DNA of 64,000 nt from Lama glama. Its lineage: Eukaryota. Positions 1 to 12,975 of this stretch are shown in pieces. The position numbers and the translations under genes are program-made. Numbering within the stretch: position 1 is the stretch's first letter; each line of letters begins with the position of its first letter. The stretch spans positions 71,982,001-72,046,000 of the forward strand of contig CM052817.1 of assembly GCA_028534125.1 (NCBI GenBank), in the 5' to 3' direction. Below the pieces are notes generated by a model. The model saw only the letters and a list, made by a program, of their open reading frames with translations, had not been told where the DNA came from and ran no database searches.

Positions 1-19
1 TGTCTTACAGACAACGCCT

Positions 20-100
20 AAGAGCCAACATTTATCGAGAGCTTCTTACGTGGCAGGCACTAAGCCCTTGACAAATTTTATCATTTCGATTCATTTATCA
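20..100 (-). mobile_element. MIR SINE fragment
   Basis: aacatttatcgagagcttcttacgtggcaggcactaagc resembles the reverse complement of the MIR 3' end. Confidence 0.55.
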
Positions 101-2618
101 TTTTGATTGCAGGTGGCAATGTAGTGATTACTCAAGAGGAGGAAAAGTCAATCAGGTGCAAGGATTTCTTTTTCCCTTTCCCGTACTATTTACTGTTCTC
201 CGACGATGACCACATTTTATTCTGAACCTGGATTCCCTTTGAGGAAGAACTTGAGCAAGTGACACTGCATAGCTGCTTCTCACTGTGGTGGGTGGTTTGG
301 GAAGTTGTCTTATTCCTCCTCCTTTGTTTGCTGGTTTAGGGAGAGTTCTGATGCTTCCTCTTAGGCCTCTTGACTTACAAATGCCATGAGGACAGAAACT
401 GCCTGCCGGTGTCAGAGTTGTGCCTGCCCTGCAGTTTGTAAACCTTCACAAAGCCCTGTAAGAACAGCAGACAATCCCAGAGACTACTTCTGGGAGAGAC
501 AGCCTTGAGAGAGCTGGTGACCGGCCAGGCAACTCTGAGCCTGAGATGTGACCACGTGTTTTGTCTCCAGATGCGTCCTTCTCACATGGGTGAAAAGGTT
601 CTGAATCCTTTCCACATGGATGCCCTTCAAAGCTGGTCAGTAGCCTTCCTTCTACTCTGGGCTTGTAGGCGGCCATGCTGATTGGATTAGATACACAGCT
701 ACTTTCTAGTGTTGATCATCGGAGGCTGAGATGAAGCCATTTGCACTTGATGTATTCAGCACATGATTCCATGTCTCAAGAAGTGAAAATCCAGTGAAAT
801 AAGCCACCGCTCTAGCTCTCATTAACGACTTGATACAAATCCACTCAGAACACTCACTCTTAGAGTTGTCGGGTGATGATGATAACATGATTCGTTTGCT
901 GAGGTCTGTTAGTTCAACTGGGTAACTAAAAATAGAATTTATAAACCGCTTTCAAATAATACTCCATTTCTTATACACCCATCTAAAATTTCTAAAGGAG
1001 CTGACATTTACTTTACATTAATGAAATGTACAAATATAAAGGTGAGAGCATTTCTAGGTTCATTGGGCAAGACTGTAGAGTTATTGCACACATTTCTTTG
1101 AAATAAAGTGTGTAAAGTTTGGAAGAAAAATTAGTAGGAAAAGATATTCCAGGTGTTTTCTTCCAGAATGATCACGATCAGTTTTTAATTTATATGAGAT
1201 ATTTGATACATTTCATCTTGACCCGCTTGTTTAGAAATCTCGGGTCAGAGCCCTCTCTGGTACAGACTCAGTGGACCTTCTGAGCAGAAGAACATGTGCT
1301 GGCAGTGAGCCATGCCACTTTATTCAGAGTTTGGTCCAGGGCAGAATTAAAACCATACTTTGTTCTACCCCCCATATCGTCACTCAGTACTGAAAGTTTG
1401 CTTCTATAAACAAAAGGCTATCATCACTTCTTCCTCTGTTCTTTAGATCTTTGGAAATCAAGTCAATTCTCAGAGGCCCCATACATAATTTGTATAGCCT
1501 CAAGAAGAAATCAGAAGTTTCTCTACTCTCCCTAACCCCCCTTGACACTATTATATCTAGAAGAGACCCCGGCATCATGTAATATCTGTACCAGAAAACT
1601 CTCCTCATATTTACCATAATTGTTCTAAGTGTTGGTGTTTTTCTTCTGCTGCACTTTATTCCATAAATTGAAACACTATTGTTTTAAGCAAACCAAACAG
1701 CCACTCTACTAAGGTAAATGTGGCTTGATGCATATTCTCCTGGTGAAAGATCTATCAGGGGTTAGAATAACAGTTCGGGATGCTAGCCAAGCCAAATCTT
1801 AAGACCTTTCTGCTCTGGACCGTTCCTAGGGAGCCGCTGGCTTCTTGAAATAAAACAAAGGTGTTTTACACCTGATAGGAATTACAGAGCATGTCAAACA
1901 CGAGTTCAAAAGATAGTTTCACTTCATCTTTAAAAAGTGGTGCAGGGAACATAGGTAAGCTTAGAATATGGTTATTTTTAACTGAAAATGTACTGACTTT
2001 CTTTTTGAAGATGCTGATACAACTTCTGACACTGCTGGTGATGAGTGGTGTGTAACAGCCGTTGCAGCTCTGAGGCTATCAACTAGTGAAAGGGAATCTT
2101 CTAAATACAAATCCCAGGACACCAGAACAGCTCTTAACAGCCCTCCCCATCCTAACTAAGCTGGAGACGAGGAACTGAAAGGTCTGGGGAGAAATAACTG
2201 CCTAAACAATGAAGGAAGGAGAAAAACTCCCAAGGAAGACAATTTAAAGATGAAGTCACATGGTTTGAATTTGATACAATGTGGGGAATTCCGGTTTAAT
2301 TCTAATGATACTGATTTCTTCTAACAGCCTTTCTCTTGAACACAGAGATCAGTCTGGATAAAGGAAACGTCACAAGGAGAATGCAGTTGCTCAGCGAGTC
2401 GAAAAGGCAAGTTCTGTAATCAAACAGAGGATGTCAGCAGGGAGGCCTAATCATATGTTTTCTTAAACCAAACTCCTTTTTTCCTTTTCATTAGGCTTTC
2501 TTGAGGCATTCAGCTAATTAATGATAATAAATAGTTATTGAGGACCACTAATATTCTAAATCCTCCAGTGTCATGCATTTGGAATGAAAAAGGACCAATA
2601 GACAGATAAACTTAGGAA

Positions 2619-2665
2619 GTGTGTGTGTGTATGTGTGTGTGCACGTGCACGTGCACGTGCACGCA
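2619..2665. repeat. Compound microsatellite (GT)n-(GTGCAC)4
   Basis: gtgtgtgtgtgtatgtgtgtgt followed by gcacgtgcacgtgcacgtgcacgca, read directly. Confidence 0.95.
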
Positions 2666-3069
2666 GCAATATGCCTTCTCACTGGGAATTACGGTGGTAA
2701 ACCAGGAAGATCTACATGAAAGATGGGATGGCTTAAGTCACAGAAGCAGATGGAACCTTCATTTTGTGTGATTGTGTAGAGATCTCCTCACACACAATAG
2801 GTGTAAGAATAATCATTTCCACATCTGTATTTGGACTTTGGTCCCATCCCTTAAATCAGAGTTATAAATCCTGTGAGGTTAGATTAATCTTATTTTATGG
2901 AAGGTTGTAAAGAGAAAGCCCTTTGGCTTTGCTTAAGGAAAAACAAGAGACCTTTGCAAAACAGAGATGTGGGAAGGGGTGCTCAGAGGGTCTGGTACCC
3001 CAGAGACGTCCTGCGTTTGCTCTTGTTGTCTGGAGAATGAGATGAAGGTGTCTCACTGAAGCAGGAGGC

Positions 3070-3300
3070 AGTAAATAGTGCTTGGCCTTTGGGGTTAGGC
3101 AGCCCTGAATGTGGATTTTTGGCTCCATACTAACTTATAACTTTGTGATTTTGAATGTGTTACTTAACCTCTCTGAGCCCCAGGTTTCACTTGTAAAAAT
3201 GGAGATAATACCCAGATTAGAGAATGGTTTGGGGAATTAGGGATAATTCTGTAAAGCACATAGTGGTTGACATTTCATAATTGGTAGCTGTTATTATTGG
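3070..3300 (+). mobile_element. MIR SINE, near full length
   Basis: MIR core tgtgattttgaatgtgttacttaacctctctgagccccaggtttcacttgtaaaaatggagataata and tail ggtagctgttattatt. Confidence 0.85.
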
Positions 3301-3729
3301 TATTATTGTTTGATTGCAAAGCTGAACAGGCCTGAGAAACCACAGACAACAGCTCATGTGAGATCACCATGGGGCGTTCTCTTCTGAAGAAGCGCATGCT
3401 GATTAGAGCCTGTGAGAGGAAGCATGGATGTATCTTTTAATGACACCGGGCCCAACTTCTCACAGATCAAACTTCATCCAAGGGTTCTCACTGATATGTG
3501 TTGGTTGCACCTGGTGACCTTCCTTTTCCCATGAGAGAATCTTATCTCTGGAATAAACCTTACCTGGATTTATAGAAAAATCACATGCTTCAGATTTGAT
3601 TTGTATCTGGTCCCTTGCAGATTTCCTTTTTGCTTTGTGACCCTCTCCCGGCTTAATGGGAGATCTCCCTCTCAGACTCACTCAGATTATAGGCTAACCT
3701 GCTCATTTATAAGTAACTTCATAACTGGA

Positions 3730-3993
3730 AGTTTGAGGATCTGAGGTGTAGCTGGTGACTATAGTTGATAACACGGTATTGTATAATGAAAATTTGGTAA
3801 GGAAGGAGAACTTAAATGTTCTCACCAAAAAAAAAAAAAAAAAGATGACTGCGTGAGGTGATGGATGTATTAATGAACTTGATACAAGGGGAGTCCTTTT
3901 GCATACGGCTGTTAGATCATCACGTTGTACACTTTAAATATCTTAGAATTTTGTCCATCAGTTAGACCTCAGTGAAGCGGGGGGAAAAAAAAA
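3730..3993 (+). mobile_element. L1 (L1MA/L1MB-type) 3' UTR fragment
   Basis: gtgactatagttgataacacggtattgtataatgaaaatttg...cttaaatgttctcacc(A)n...gtgaggtgatggatgtattaat...catcacgttgtacactttaaata, then an A-rich tail. Confidence 0.85.
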
Positions 3994-4725
3994 TTCAGGA
4001 TGAAAAATCCAATGCAAGGAGTCATACACATGCCTATTAGAGAATGTTGGGCATGAAAGATGCACATTTGTGTAGTTGTAACATTTTTACTATTTTTTTT
4101 TCCCTAAGCAGCCTCAAAAAGCATGTTAACAAGACTACTTGAAATTAATACTCTGCTCTTAGAGTATACACAGATGGGCTCGCTCCCTTCCTTCCCACCG
4201 TGCTGCACACTGGAGTTCCTAGAAGACACGACGTGCTCCCTCCTTAATGAATTCCATGCCTCCAATCAATAAGGACTGGCATCCGGCCAGGTCGACTCCT
4301 CTTGGGCTTCTTACCAGACCTTGTTCTGTATTTTGCTTTTATTAGTTCTTACTACTCTAATTTCTCTCACTGTTAACGTTTTTCACTGGTATCAGTTCTC
4401 AGTAGTCTTGCTTTCTTGCCAACTTAAAAACAAAATAAAAAATAAAACCAAGCTAGCGCAGGGGTGGGTTCTCCCCAGTTCACAGTACTACTGATATAAT
4501 CACCATTCAAAACTCAACAAGTCAGTCCAATTTGTTTTTAAACATAGGCAACCTCTGAGCTTTTGCGTTGGGACATGTCTTTCTGTCCATTTGTTGGATT
4601 TCCAATGAACTGCCTATGCAAATGAGGAGGGAGCCACCCGGGGACCGAGCCCTCAGCTGCCCACACCCTCTGCTGCCTCTCAACAGTTCAACTCCACAGT
4701 TCCTGTGACCAAGCCTGCTGTGAAA

Positions 4726-5001
4726 NNNNNNNNNNNNNNNNNNNNNNNNNNNNNNNNNNNNNNNNNNNNNNNNNNNNNNNNNNNNNNNNNNNNNNNNNNN
4801 NNNNNNNNNNNNNNNNNNNNNNNNNNNNNNNNNNNNNNNNNNNNNNNNNNNNNNNNNNNNNNNNNNNNNNNNNNNNNNNNNNNNNNNNNNNNNNNNNNNN
4901 NNNNNNNNNNNNNNNNNNNNNNNNNNNNNNNNNNNNNNNNNNNNNNNNNNNNNNNNNNNNNNNNNNNNNNNNNNNNNNNNNNNNNNNNNNNNNNNNNNNN
5001 N
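4726..5001. other. N run (276 bp) in unique sequence
   Basis: Direct observation. Confidence 1.
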
Positions 5002-5780
5002 AGTTAAGAGAAGAGTGCTTTGATCAAGCTCTGAGTTATAGAATTTATTAGAGTAAAGGGAAGAGGATAACCTTCAGATGTCTTCTGTGGTGAAATGTCG
5101 AAGTTAAAAATTTTAAACGTTTGCAGACTAAAGACATATTTGGCTGTGAGGCCTAAAAGGGTAAACAAAATGTGACATGTTTTATTTTGTTACTTAACCC
5201 TTGTTTGAAAAAGCACAACAAAAAATGGATATAAATCATATTTTTATGCCTTTCTGAAAACAAGGACATGGATTTTTGGTGATTTTCCTCAGTGTAGTGG
5301 CATCATGCCATACGGTACGGTACACAGTGGTTAGTACATATGCAAATAGCTTTCCTTTTGCTATGCCAGTTTCTGAAAGTGGAAAGCATTTAAAGACACC
5401 CAACATCAGTTCTGTGAAGGAATAGCCTTTCTTTCTGTTGCCATGTGCTACACATTCCAATATTTTGCTGTAGCCCAGGAATGAATAATGCAAAGAGACG
5501 AAAGGGGAAAAACAAAAACATGCAGCTGAAAGCAAGATTGGCAGAGAAATGATGCCCATTGCTGTTTAGGTACAGAATACGAATGTGACACGTTGGAAAA
5601 GGGAAAGGGAATAAAAGCAATTCGGGTGCAGGCAGAGAACCTATTTTGATCAAATGCAGTTACAACAGTTGCAGGGGTGGGGGGAATTTCAATCAATAAC
5701 AAAGAGCTCTTATCACATGCAACTTTAATTTGATTGGCATGGCATTTCCATTATATGCTAATGAATTACGGATGATGAGA

Positions 5781-5976
5781 NNNNNNNNNNNNNNNNNNNN
5801 NNNNNNNNNNNNNNNNNNNNNNNNNNNNNNNNNNNNNNNNNNNNNNNNNNNNNNNNNNNNNNNNNNNNNNNNNNNNNNNNNNNNNNNNNNNNNNNNNNNN
5901 NNNNNNNNNNNNNNNNNNNNNNNNNNNNNNNNNNNNNNNNNNNNNNNNNNNNNNNNNNNNNNNNNNNNNNNNNNNN
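5781..5976. other. N run (196 bp) in unique sequence
   Basis: Direct observation. Confidence 1.
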
Positions 5977-6651
5977 GTGCAGGTACCCTATTCTCAGTGG
6001 AATAAGTGTGTCCCTGCAAAGCTAACTGAAAAACAAATTCTCTTAAGTGAACCCTGTTTTTCTGTTGACTAGCATTATACAATTATTGATTATTACTCTT
6101 GGGGAGAAAAAAGCTGGTCCTAGAATGTAATAAGATCACTCTCAAGGATGCAACACTTTTGACAATACACGTTTAAAGGAAAATAACCACCTACTAAAAT
6201 ATTAAAAATAATCCTCAAAATAGCAGCAACATTCAAATTTTTGCAATTGAGTAACAGTACTCAGGTTGCTGCAAAATAAAAATACAAAAGAAAAAGCTCA
6301 AAAGACCTGATATAAAGTTATCAAAATTTCAACTTTACTCATCAAAAAGTCAACCTAGGTAATGGAGCTTTAGAATTTTGACAAGGCTGTTTATCAGTCT
6401 CAAACCACCTAAAGATTCCTAAGTTTATTTTTTCATTATCTTTTCCATTTGTCTTTTACTTGTTCTTAGCATTTTCCTCCAGACAGTTAAAAAAAAGAAG
6501 TATTTTAGAACATTAGGCTAAGGCCTAAAATAATCTTTGTAAAATCAAATTCTGTTCTGATATTTGCTGAGATATGGTCAGTTTGGGTACTTAGGTAATG
6601 GCAAAGATTGTCAATTTGCAAATTTTTTTTTATACTATAAACATTGACTTA

Positions 6652-7395
6652 TTACCACTACCTCATACCCATTAGGATGGCTACTATCACAAAAATGGAA
6701 ATATCAGTTTCTGATGAGAATGTGGAGAAACTGGAACCCTTGTGCACTATTGGCAGGAACATAAAATGATGCAGGCTCTGTGGAAAACAGTACGGCAGTT
6801 CCTCAGAAAATTAAAAAAGAACTACTGTACAATCTGGAAAATCCATTTCTGGGTATCTCCCCCAAGGAACTGAAACAGGGTCTTGAAGAGAGATTTGTAC
6901 ATCCATGTTCTTAGCAGCATTATTCCCAGTAGCCCCAAAATGTAAGCAATCCATGTGTCCATTGCTTGAAAGATTAAAAAAAAATGTGGTATATACACAT
7001 AATGGAATATTACTCAGCCTAAAAAGGGAGGGAATTCTGATACTCGCTACAACATGGGTGAACCTTGAGGACATTCTGCTAATGAAATAAGCAGTCACAA
7101 GAGGACAAATGCAGTATAATTTCACTTCTAGGAGGCACCAAAGGTAGTCAGATTCATAGAGACAGAAAGTAGAATGGTGGTTGCCGGGGCTGGGGGAGGG
7201 AGAGGATGAGGAGTTACTGTTTTGCGGGTTCAGAGTTTCAATTTAGGAGAAAAGTTCTAGAGGTGGCTGATGGTGATGGCTGCACAACAATGTGGATGTA
7301 CTCTAATGTCACTGAACTGTACACTTAAATATGGCTAAGATGGTACATTTTATCTTATATGTAGTTTACTGCAATTAAAAATAAAATAAAAAAAG
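6652..7395 (+). mobile_element. L1MB-type LINE, ORF2 C-terminal remnant plus 3' UTR and A-tail
   Basis: cctcatacccattaggatggctactatca...gtggagaaactggaacccttgtgcact...gagacagaaagtagaatggtggttgcc...actgaactgtacacttaaa...aaaataaaataaaaaaa. ORF 6905-7090 reads like the degenerate L1 ORF2 tail. Confidence 0.92.
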
Positions 7396-7649
7396 AGATA
7401 TAAAAATTGATTTATTCTGTTACCTATGACTAAGTTTGCTAGTTAAAGCAATGCTTGCTATACTTGTTAGGATGGTATTACTGAATTAACACAGTTGGTT
7501 GAGAATTATTGGACTCTTCCCCTACTTCCATAGGGAAAGCATCAGACAGCTTTGGCTTCCTCTGTTAGAACAGCGGTGACACTAAATGCCCAGGTTCTGT
7601 TCACTTGGGCGTGCTGCTTCTTCAAAGGCATTTTGTTGTAACTATAAAT

Positions 7650-7880
7650 TCTGCAGAGTCATTGAGGGCTGGAACAAGGGCATGGGGCTTTGAGGAACAG
7701 CAGGGGCCTGGGGACTGGAATAAGGTGAAGTGGGGAGAGGAAAGAGAGGATTTAAGATGCGAGTCAGAGAGTGAACTGGGGACTTTGGCTTTTTCTTTGC
7801 ATGATATGAATGGGGGCGGAAGGGGGGTTCACATCAGGATTTTGAGCAGAGGAGTAGCATGACTGGATGTATGTTTAATT
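7650..7880 (-). mobile_element. L2 fragment
   Basis: ggactttggctttttct...ggattttgagcagaggagtagcatgactggatgtatgttt is a typical antisense L2 segment. Confidence 0.65.
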
Positions 7881-8929
7881 GTACACAAACTATACTATGG
7901 GAGAGATGAAATGGAAATGCAGAAATGGAATTGCAGAGGAGGATGCAAGATTGCTTTTAGTTGGGGAAACCATGGAACAGAAACCGAAGGCAAAGCTACA
8001 GAGGAAAAATAAATCTATTCCTTTTCACATTTGAGAACGCTTGAGAAGTCTCTCAAAAGCAAAAATGAAACAAGAGATTCTCCACTGGTATTACTCTGTA
8101 CTATTAATTTATTTGTTGATGTCAGTAAATCAACCTTCATTTACTCAGTCCTATGAGCGCCCAGACGATTTCCGTACTTAAGGGTCTGCAGTGACTGCCC
8201 CTCAGGTGGATCTCAGCGAGCCTGGGACTCCTATGCACAGGCTTTTAAAGCTCCTTGAAATTTATCTGAAAAAGGAGTGTTTTTCTAAAGAGTTCGAGAC
8301 AAAGTTACTGGCCAGAGCATTTTATATTTCAATATTCAGTTTTTAGAATGATTAATTTAAGAACTGATTTTTGAAACACTTGGTCTTTGCTGCTTAATGG
8401 TTTAGTTCCCTTAAAGGAGACTATTTCATGTGCACTATGTTGTCACATGTGAGATGTTGGTTCTAGTTTCGAACCTAAGAGCATAGATGATATACGCAGG
8501 CCCCCATTCAGTGGAGCTGAGTGTATCAAGTGGTGTAAATGGCTTGGACCTGGAGATTCTAGAGTTCTTACAAATAACAAATTCTAAACATGGGCCTCAA
8601 GTATGCTAAGTACCATCATGTGATAAAAAAATCAACTGCTTTCAATTTTGAAATGCCTTGTCAATGTTCTTTTTTCCCTTTAACTGTATCTATGGCTATC
8701 TTTCTACGTCAGTACCTTTAATTCTATTTTAGATGTCACACTCTAGAGGCCTGTTGGGGAAAATGATTTGCAAGTGAATTTTGTTTGGTTCGGGCCACAT
8801 AAAGTGTTTGCAAAATTTGAAGTTGAATCTTTTTTGGTGGCAGACATTTTGCTTCCTATTAATTGCACTCGACTCTTCATTATCATATCTGGTTAGTGAT
8901 TTGAAGTATTCACATTTGTGACCCTCAAA

Positions 8930-9560
8930 TAATATTATTCCATTACAGTGTTGTTCTGGCATTTACTTAACCCTTTCTCATAACAGAACTTTGAGTTGCA
9001 GCCCACTCTCCCATACTGTTTCCGCTATTAAAAGCAATGCACCTCTGACCTTGTTTAAGTATATATTCTATGTTATTTCTTTGGTATGGATTTTTAGAAG
9101 AGAATTGCTGGGTTGTGGAGTACTGCCTATGTAAATCTTTCATAGACACTAGAAACTACCTTATGAAAGAAGAACACCGGTTTATGCTTCCAGGAAAAGT
9201 ATGTAGGTTAGATTTCCCTACACTCTTTATTCATGGGTTGAATCAACTTGTTAAATTTTTTCCATTCTGCAAGGTGAAAAAGTTATTATGGTCTTAACTA
9301 GTATTCTTATAAACTATTAGTGAAATCGATTATACTTTCATATGTTTATTGGTGTATGTACATACATTCTGTGAATTAAGTATTCCTCTGCTACACCTGT
9401 ATTACATCTGGATTGTTTGAAATGTGAAATATAAACTCTTTGCTGTAAATACTAAAGATATCTTCTTTTAGCTCCTTGGTTATCTTTTGGCTTTGTTATT
9501 GCAACTTTTGTCATATAGGAGTTTAAAAGTTTTATATAATTAAATTTCTCCTGTATTGCT
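8930..9560 (-). mobile_element. Old L1 (L1ME-type) fragment
   Basis: tagaagagaattgctgggt...ttaaattttttccattctgcaaggtgaaaaag...tagtgaaatcgattatactttcatatgtttattgg match degenerate antisense L1. Confidence 0.65.
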
Positions 9561-10859
9561 TTAAAAAAACTCTTTGTCATGGCAAGCTTGAAGGAGAATT
9601 CATAGTCACATATATATTGGGAATATAAGTAATGGTACAAGTAAGCAATAGTAAAACTTAGTGAAAAAAACAAAAACAAAAACAAAACAACCCCAACATG
9701 TACATGTACCCAGCAACGTTTAATGCAGCATTAGGTATAAGACTAAACCACAAGATGTTCATTTCTTTAATATTCAGCAAATATTTACCAAACACTTTCT
9801 GTATGCAAAGCACATTCGAAAGTTTGAAACGGAATATCCACATTTCCTCTAAAATATCTTTAATAAATATCATGGAATCTGGAAGCTAGTATTCTTTTTG
9901 AATTTTCGTTTTCAATTTATGTGTTTTCTGGAAACAACAGAAATCAAACCGTAACATTACTTCTCCCTGCCATGTTATTGCTTTGAAATCCAGACCTCTC
10001 TTGAAATGCTGGATTTGGGGTTCTCTGCCTTGACTTTGGGACCCACATGTTCAGGTTTGCTTGTAGAGCTATCGTGGCCAATAAGACAGACTAAAACCAC
10101 GTTGAACCAGTTGCACGTAGAGAGTGGAAGGCTGAAATCCTGTGCTGGGTCTAAGCAGAGCAATGAGGCAAAGGCCCATAAAACAACATCTTCCACCTCG
10201 TAGAGACATGGAGGGCAAGGTGGCCCCAGGCCTGAGCTGGGGAAGCAGGAGATCTGGGCAGATGCGCTCCTGTGCGGGTACAGCAAGTTCAAGCAGGAGC
10301 CATGCATTGCTTTTGAGGCACAGTGGCGCCTGCCCATTAGTAGACGAACCCAGTGAATAGAAGGCTCTTGTCAATTGGATTCGCACACAACTCATCTTTC
10401 CAAGTATAGGAATGAATGGGTCACTGTGGAATGGATCCGAGAGAGAAACTGGAAATGCCCTCTTCAGTGATTATCTGTGGGGAGAGAGGGTAGGTGCCCT
10501 TTTTTCATGAGCTGAAGTTGAAACATACAGAAGAGAGAATATGTTTGCTTTAATGGCATCTGCAAGGCTGTCATCCTCTTTATGTTCATATTTTACGATC
10601 TAAGGTGAGCACTGACACAGTTAGCAGATGAGATGTTCATCTATAAAGATCTCTGGAATGCTGTGCTAAAGTTTTACCACGCTGACACACCTTGCAGGTT
10701 TTTTTCGATTGCCACAATAGTGAAAATGAACTGTGGAAACCCTGACTGCATGATTTTAATTAGCTGGCACTTGTGTATTTGTTACTGCATATAGGTCATT
10801 ATATGCCATGTGCTCTGAGGACACAAATATATGACTGGGCTCTGGCTGGACAAAGGTCA

Positions 10860-11075
10860 CAGTATAACATAACGGCTAAATGTGAGGCTTTCAAGTTATA
10901 CAGCCTGTTTGAGTACAAGTTCTCCCACTTACTGTCTCTAAGCTTCAGTTTCTTCAGCTGCGGTATGGGGATGACAATAAAATTTTATAGATTAAACTAG
11001 TGTATATAAAGTGTTTGACACAGTGCCTGGAACTGGTAAGTGCTCAAAAAATGCTTGCTGTTATTATCATTATTC
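10860..11075 (+). mobile_element. MIR SINE
   Basis: ctctaagcttcagtttcttcagctg...acagtgcctggaactggtaagtgctcaaaaaatgcttgctgttattat. Confidence 0.8.
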
Positions 11076-11859
11076 CGATCATGACTACTATACTACTACC
11101 ACTACTAGGATTGGATAATGTATGATTTACTAATTGCCTGTTACCTCCAAATCACCCTTCTGAGAAATAATAGCCAGAGTTGTCATCTGCTGTATAACTT
11201 GTCATGTGAACCTGTTATCCTGGCTACAGCTGACTAAACCAGGAATTGGTACCCATAATCCATGGTTCTGTGTTGTCATCCTCATGACATAATTTTGAAT
11301 AGGAGAACTTTTGTCAGCCTTGTCAAGACTGAAGTCCATTCACATTATAGCATTGGTGACTTGGTTGCCTCAGTCCCTGTGGCTGCGTAACAATTTGCTA
11401 TGCTGATCCCACCCATGTGCTCATGAGTCATGGTTCTGGCACTGAACTGAAGCTAGTCTATGCCTTTATCACAGCAACTTATGCCCAAGGTACCAGCTAT
11501 CTAGGAGGCATTCCCTTAATGAATCTATTCCTCAGTTGTGCCTTCAGATCTGTGAGTGATTGAAGCACATAAAGTGGCGTTGGGGCTTATGGTATACCAT
11601 TTGTGAACTACTGCCTTTGTTTAGGAAAGTCACACAGAACAATGGATCCCAATATTTGTGAATGTGCATGGGGGTGTGGAGCAGGGAATACATGTATCAG
11701 AATTACCTCCACTCCCACCAACTCATCTTGGAAATAAGACTTAGATAGAAAGCTAGTGAACTAGTTGATTAGGACTCTTTATATTCCTTCTTATTAACGT
11801 TCAGGATTTTTTCCAACACAAGAAGTATAGTTATACTGACATGGAAAGAATTATGAGTC

Positions 11860-12975
11860 TTTATTGTTTAGAAGAAAGCTAGGCTGCTGAAATATAGAGA
11901 TGCCATAATACAGTGGCTTAAAGACTAGGAATTTTATTTCTTTCTCACATTAGAGTTCCAACGTGGCAGGGAAGCTCTGCTCCTTGTGTTCATTCAAGGA
12001 CTCAAGTTCTCTCAAAGCCCATTTTAAAACAAAAAAAATTTATTGGAGTATAATCAGTTTACAATGTGTCAATTTCTGGTGTACATTACATCAGTCATAT
12101 AGGAACATACATATATTTGTTTTCATATTCTTTTTCACCATAAGTTGCTACAAGATATTGAATATGGGTCCTTGTGCTGTGCAGTATAAACTTGTTGTTT
12201 ATCTATTTTATATATATTAGGTAGTATCTGCAAATCTCAAACTCTGAATTAATCCCTTCCCACCCACTCCTGCCCCACCCCCTGTAACCGTAAGTTTGTT
12301 TTCTATGTCTGTAAGTCTGTTTCTGTTTTGTAAATGAGTTCGTCTTTTTTTTTTAAGATTACACATATAAATGATGTCANNNNNNNNNNNNNNNNNNNNN
12401 NNNNNNNNNNNNNNNNNNNNNNNNNNNNNNNNNNNNNNNNNNNNNNNNNNNNNNNNNNNNNNNNNNNNNNNNNNNNNNNNNNNNNNNNNNNNNNNNNNNN
12501 NNNNNNNNNNNNNNNNNNNNNNNNNNNNNNNNNNNNNNNNNNNNNNNNNNNNNNNNNNNNNNNNNNNNNNNNNNNNNNNNNNNNNNNNNNNNNNNNNNNN
12601 GTGTATGTGTCTTTTTGAATTAAGGTTCTCTCTGGATATATGCCCAGGAGTGGGATTGCTGGATCATATGGTAAATTCTTTTTCTGACAGCTCCAAGGGC
12701 ACTGACATCATCTGCATGGTCTCTGCTGGATCCACCACATCCCTGTTTAGGCTGCTATAAGGGGAGTAAGAAGATGGAGGAAATAAGCTCAAGACCTCAA
12801 GGGCCAGTTCCAGAAGGGGCACAGATCACTTCTCTTCAATTATATTGTTGAAAATTTAGTACACAGCTGTTCTTAACTCCAAGAGAGCCTGGAAAATGTA
12901 ATTTAACTGGAAAGTTATGTGTCCAAATGAAGGAGAGAATGGATTTTTGGTGGACAACTAGCAATGTTGCCATCA
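11860..12975 (-). mobile_element. MLT1 (MaLR) solo LTR split by an L1 insertion (pieces ~11860-12020 and ~12680-12975)
   Basis: gctaggctgctg...cagtggcttaaa...tttatttctttctcacat on the left; atcacttct...aactccaagagagcctggaaaatgta...ggagagaatggatttttggtggacaactagca on the right. Confidence 0.7.
12025..12675 (-). mobile_element. Young lineage L1, 5'-truncated (contains the 221-bp N run 12380-12600)
   Basis: tttattggagtataatcagtttacaatgtgtcaatttctggtgtac...aagtttgttttctatgtctgtaagtctgtttctgttttgtaaat...tatatgcccaggagtgggattgctggatcatatggtaa. Closely similar to the copy at 59138-59525. Confidence 0.92.

Larger units (their letters stand above)
4480..6110. promoter_or_regulatory. Candidate conserved enhancer block (POU/SOX/TCF motifs) containing two N runs
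   Basis: No repeat recognised. ATGCAAAT at 4616-4623 and 5340-5347, ATGCTAATGAAT at 5755-5766, AACAAAG at 5698-5704, CTTTGAT at 5018-5024. Motif-only inference. Confidence 0.45.

Noticed and set aside
2328-2412. Plus-strand exon ending in a GC donor (AAG|gcaagt)
   Set aside because: Ambiguous acceptor, unrecognised peptide and no partner exons.
6811-7125. ORFs of 104 and 61 aa
   Set aside because: Antisense and sense translations of a decayed L1MB element.
9975-10395. GC-richer patch with overlapping ORFs on both strands, exon-like at first glance
   Set aside because: No recognisable peptide in any frame and no convincing splice sites; could be regulatory or an old repeat.
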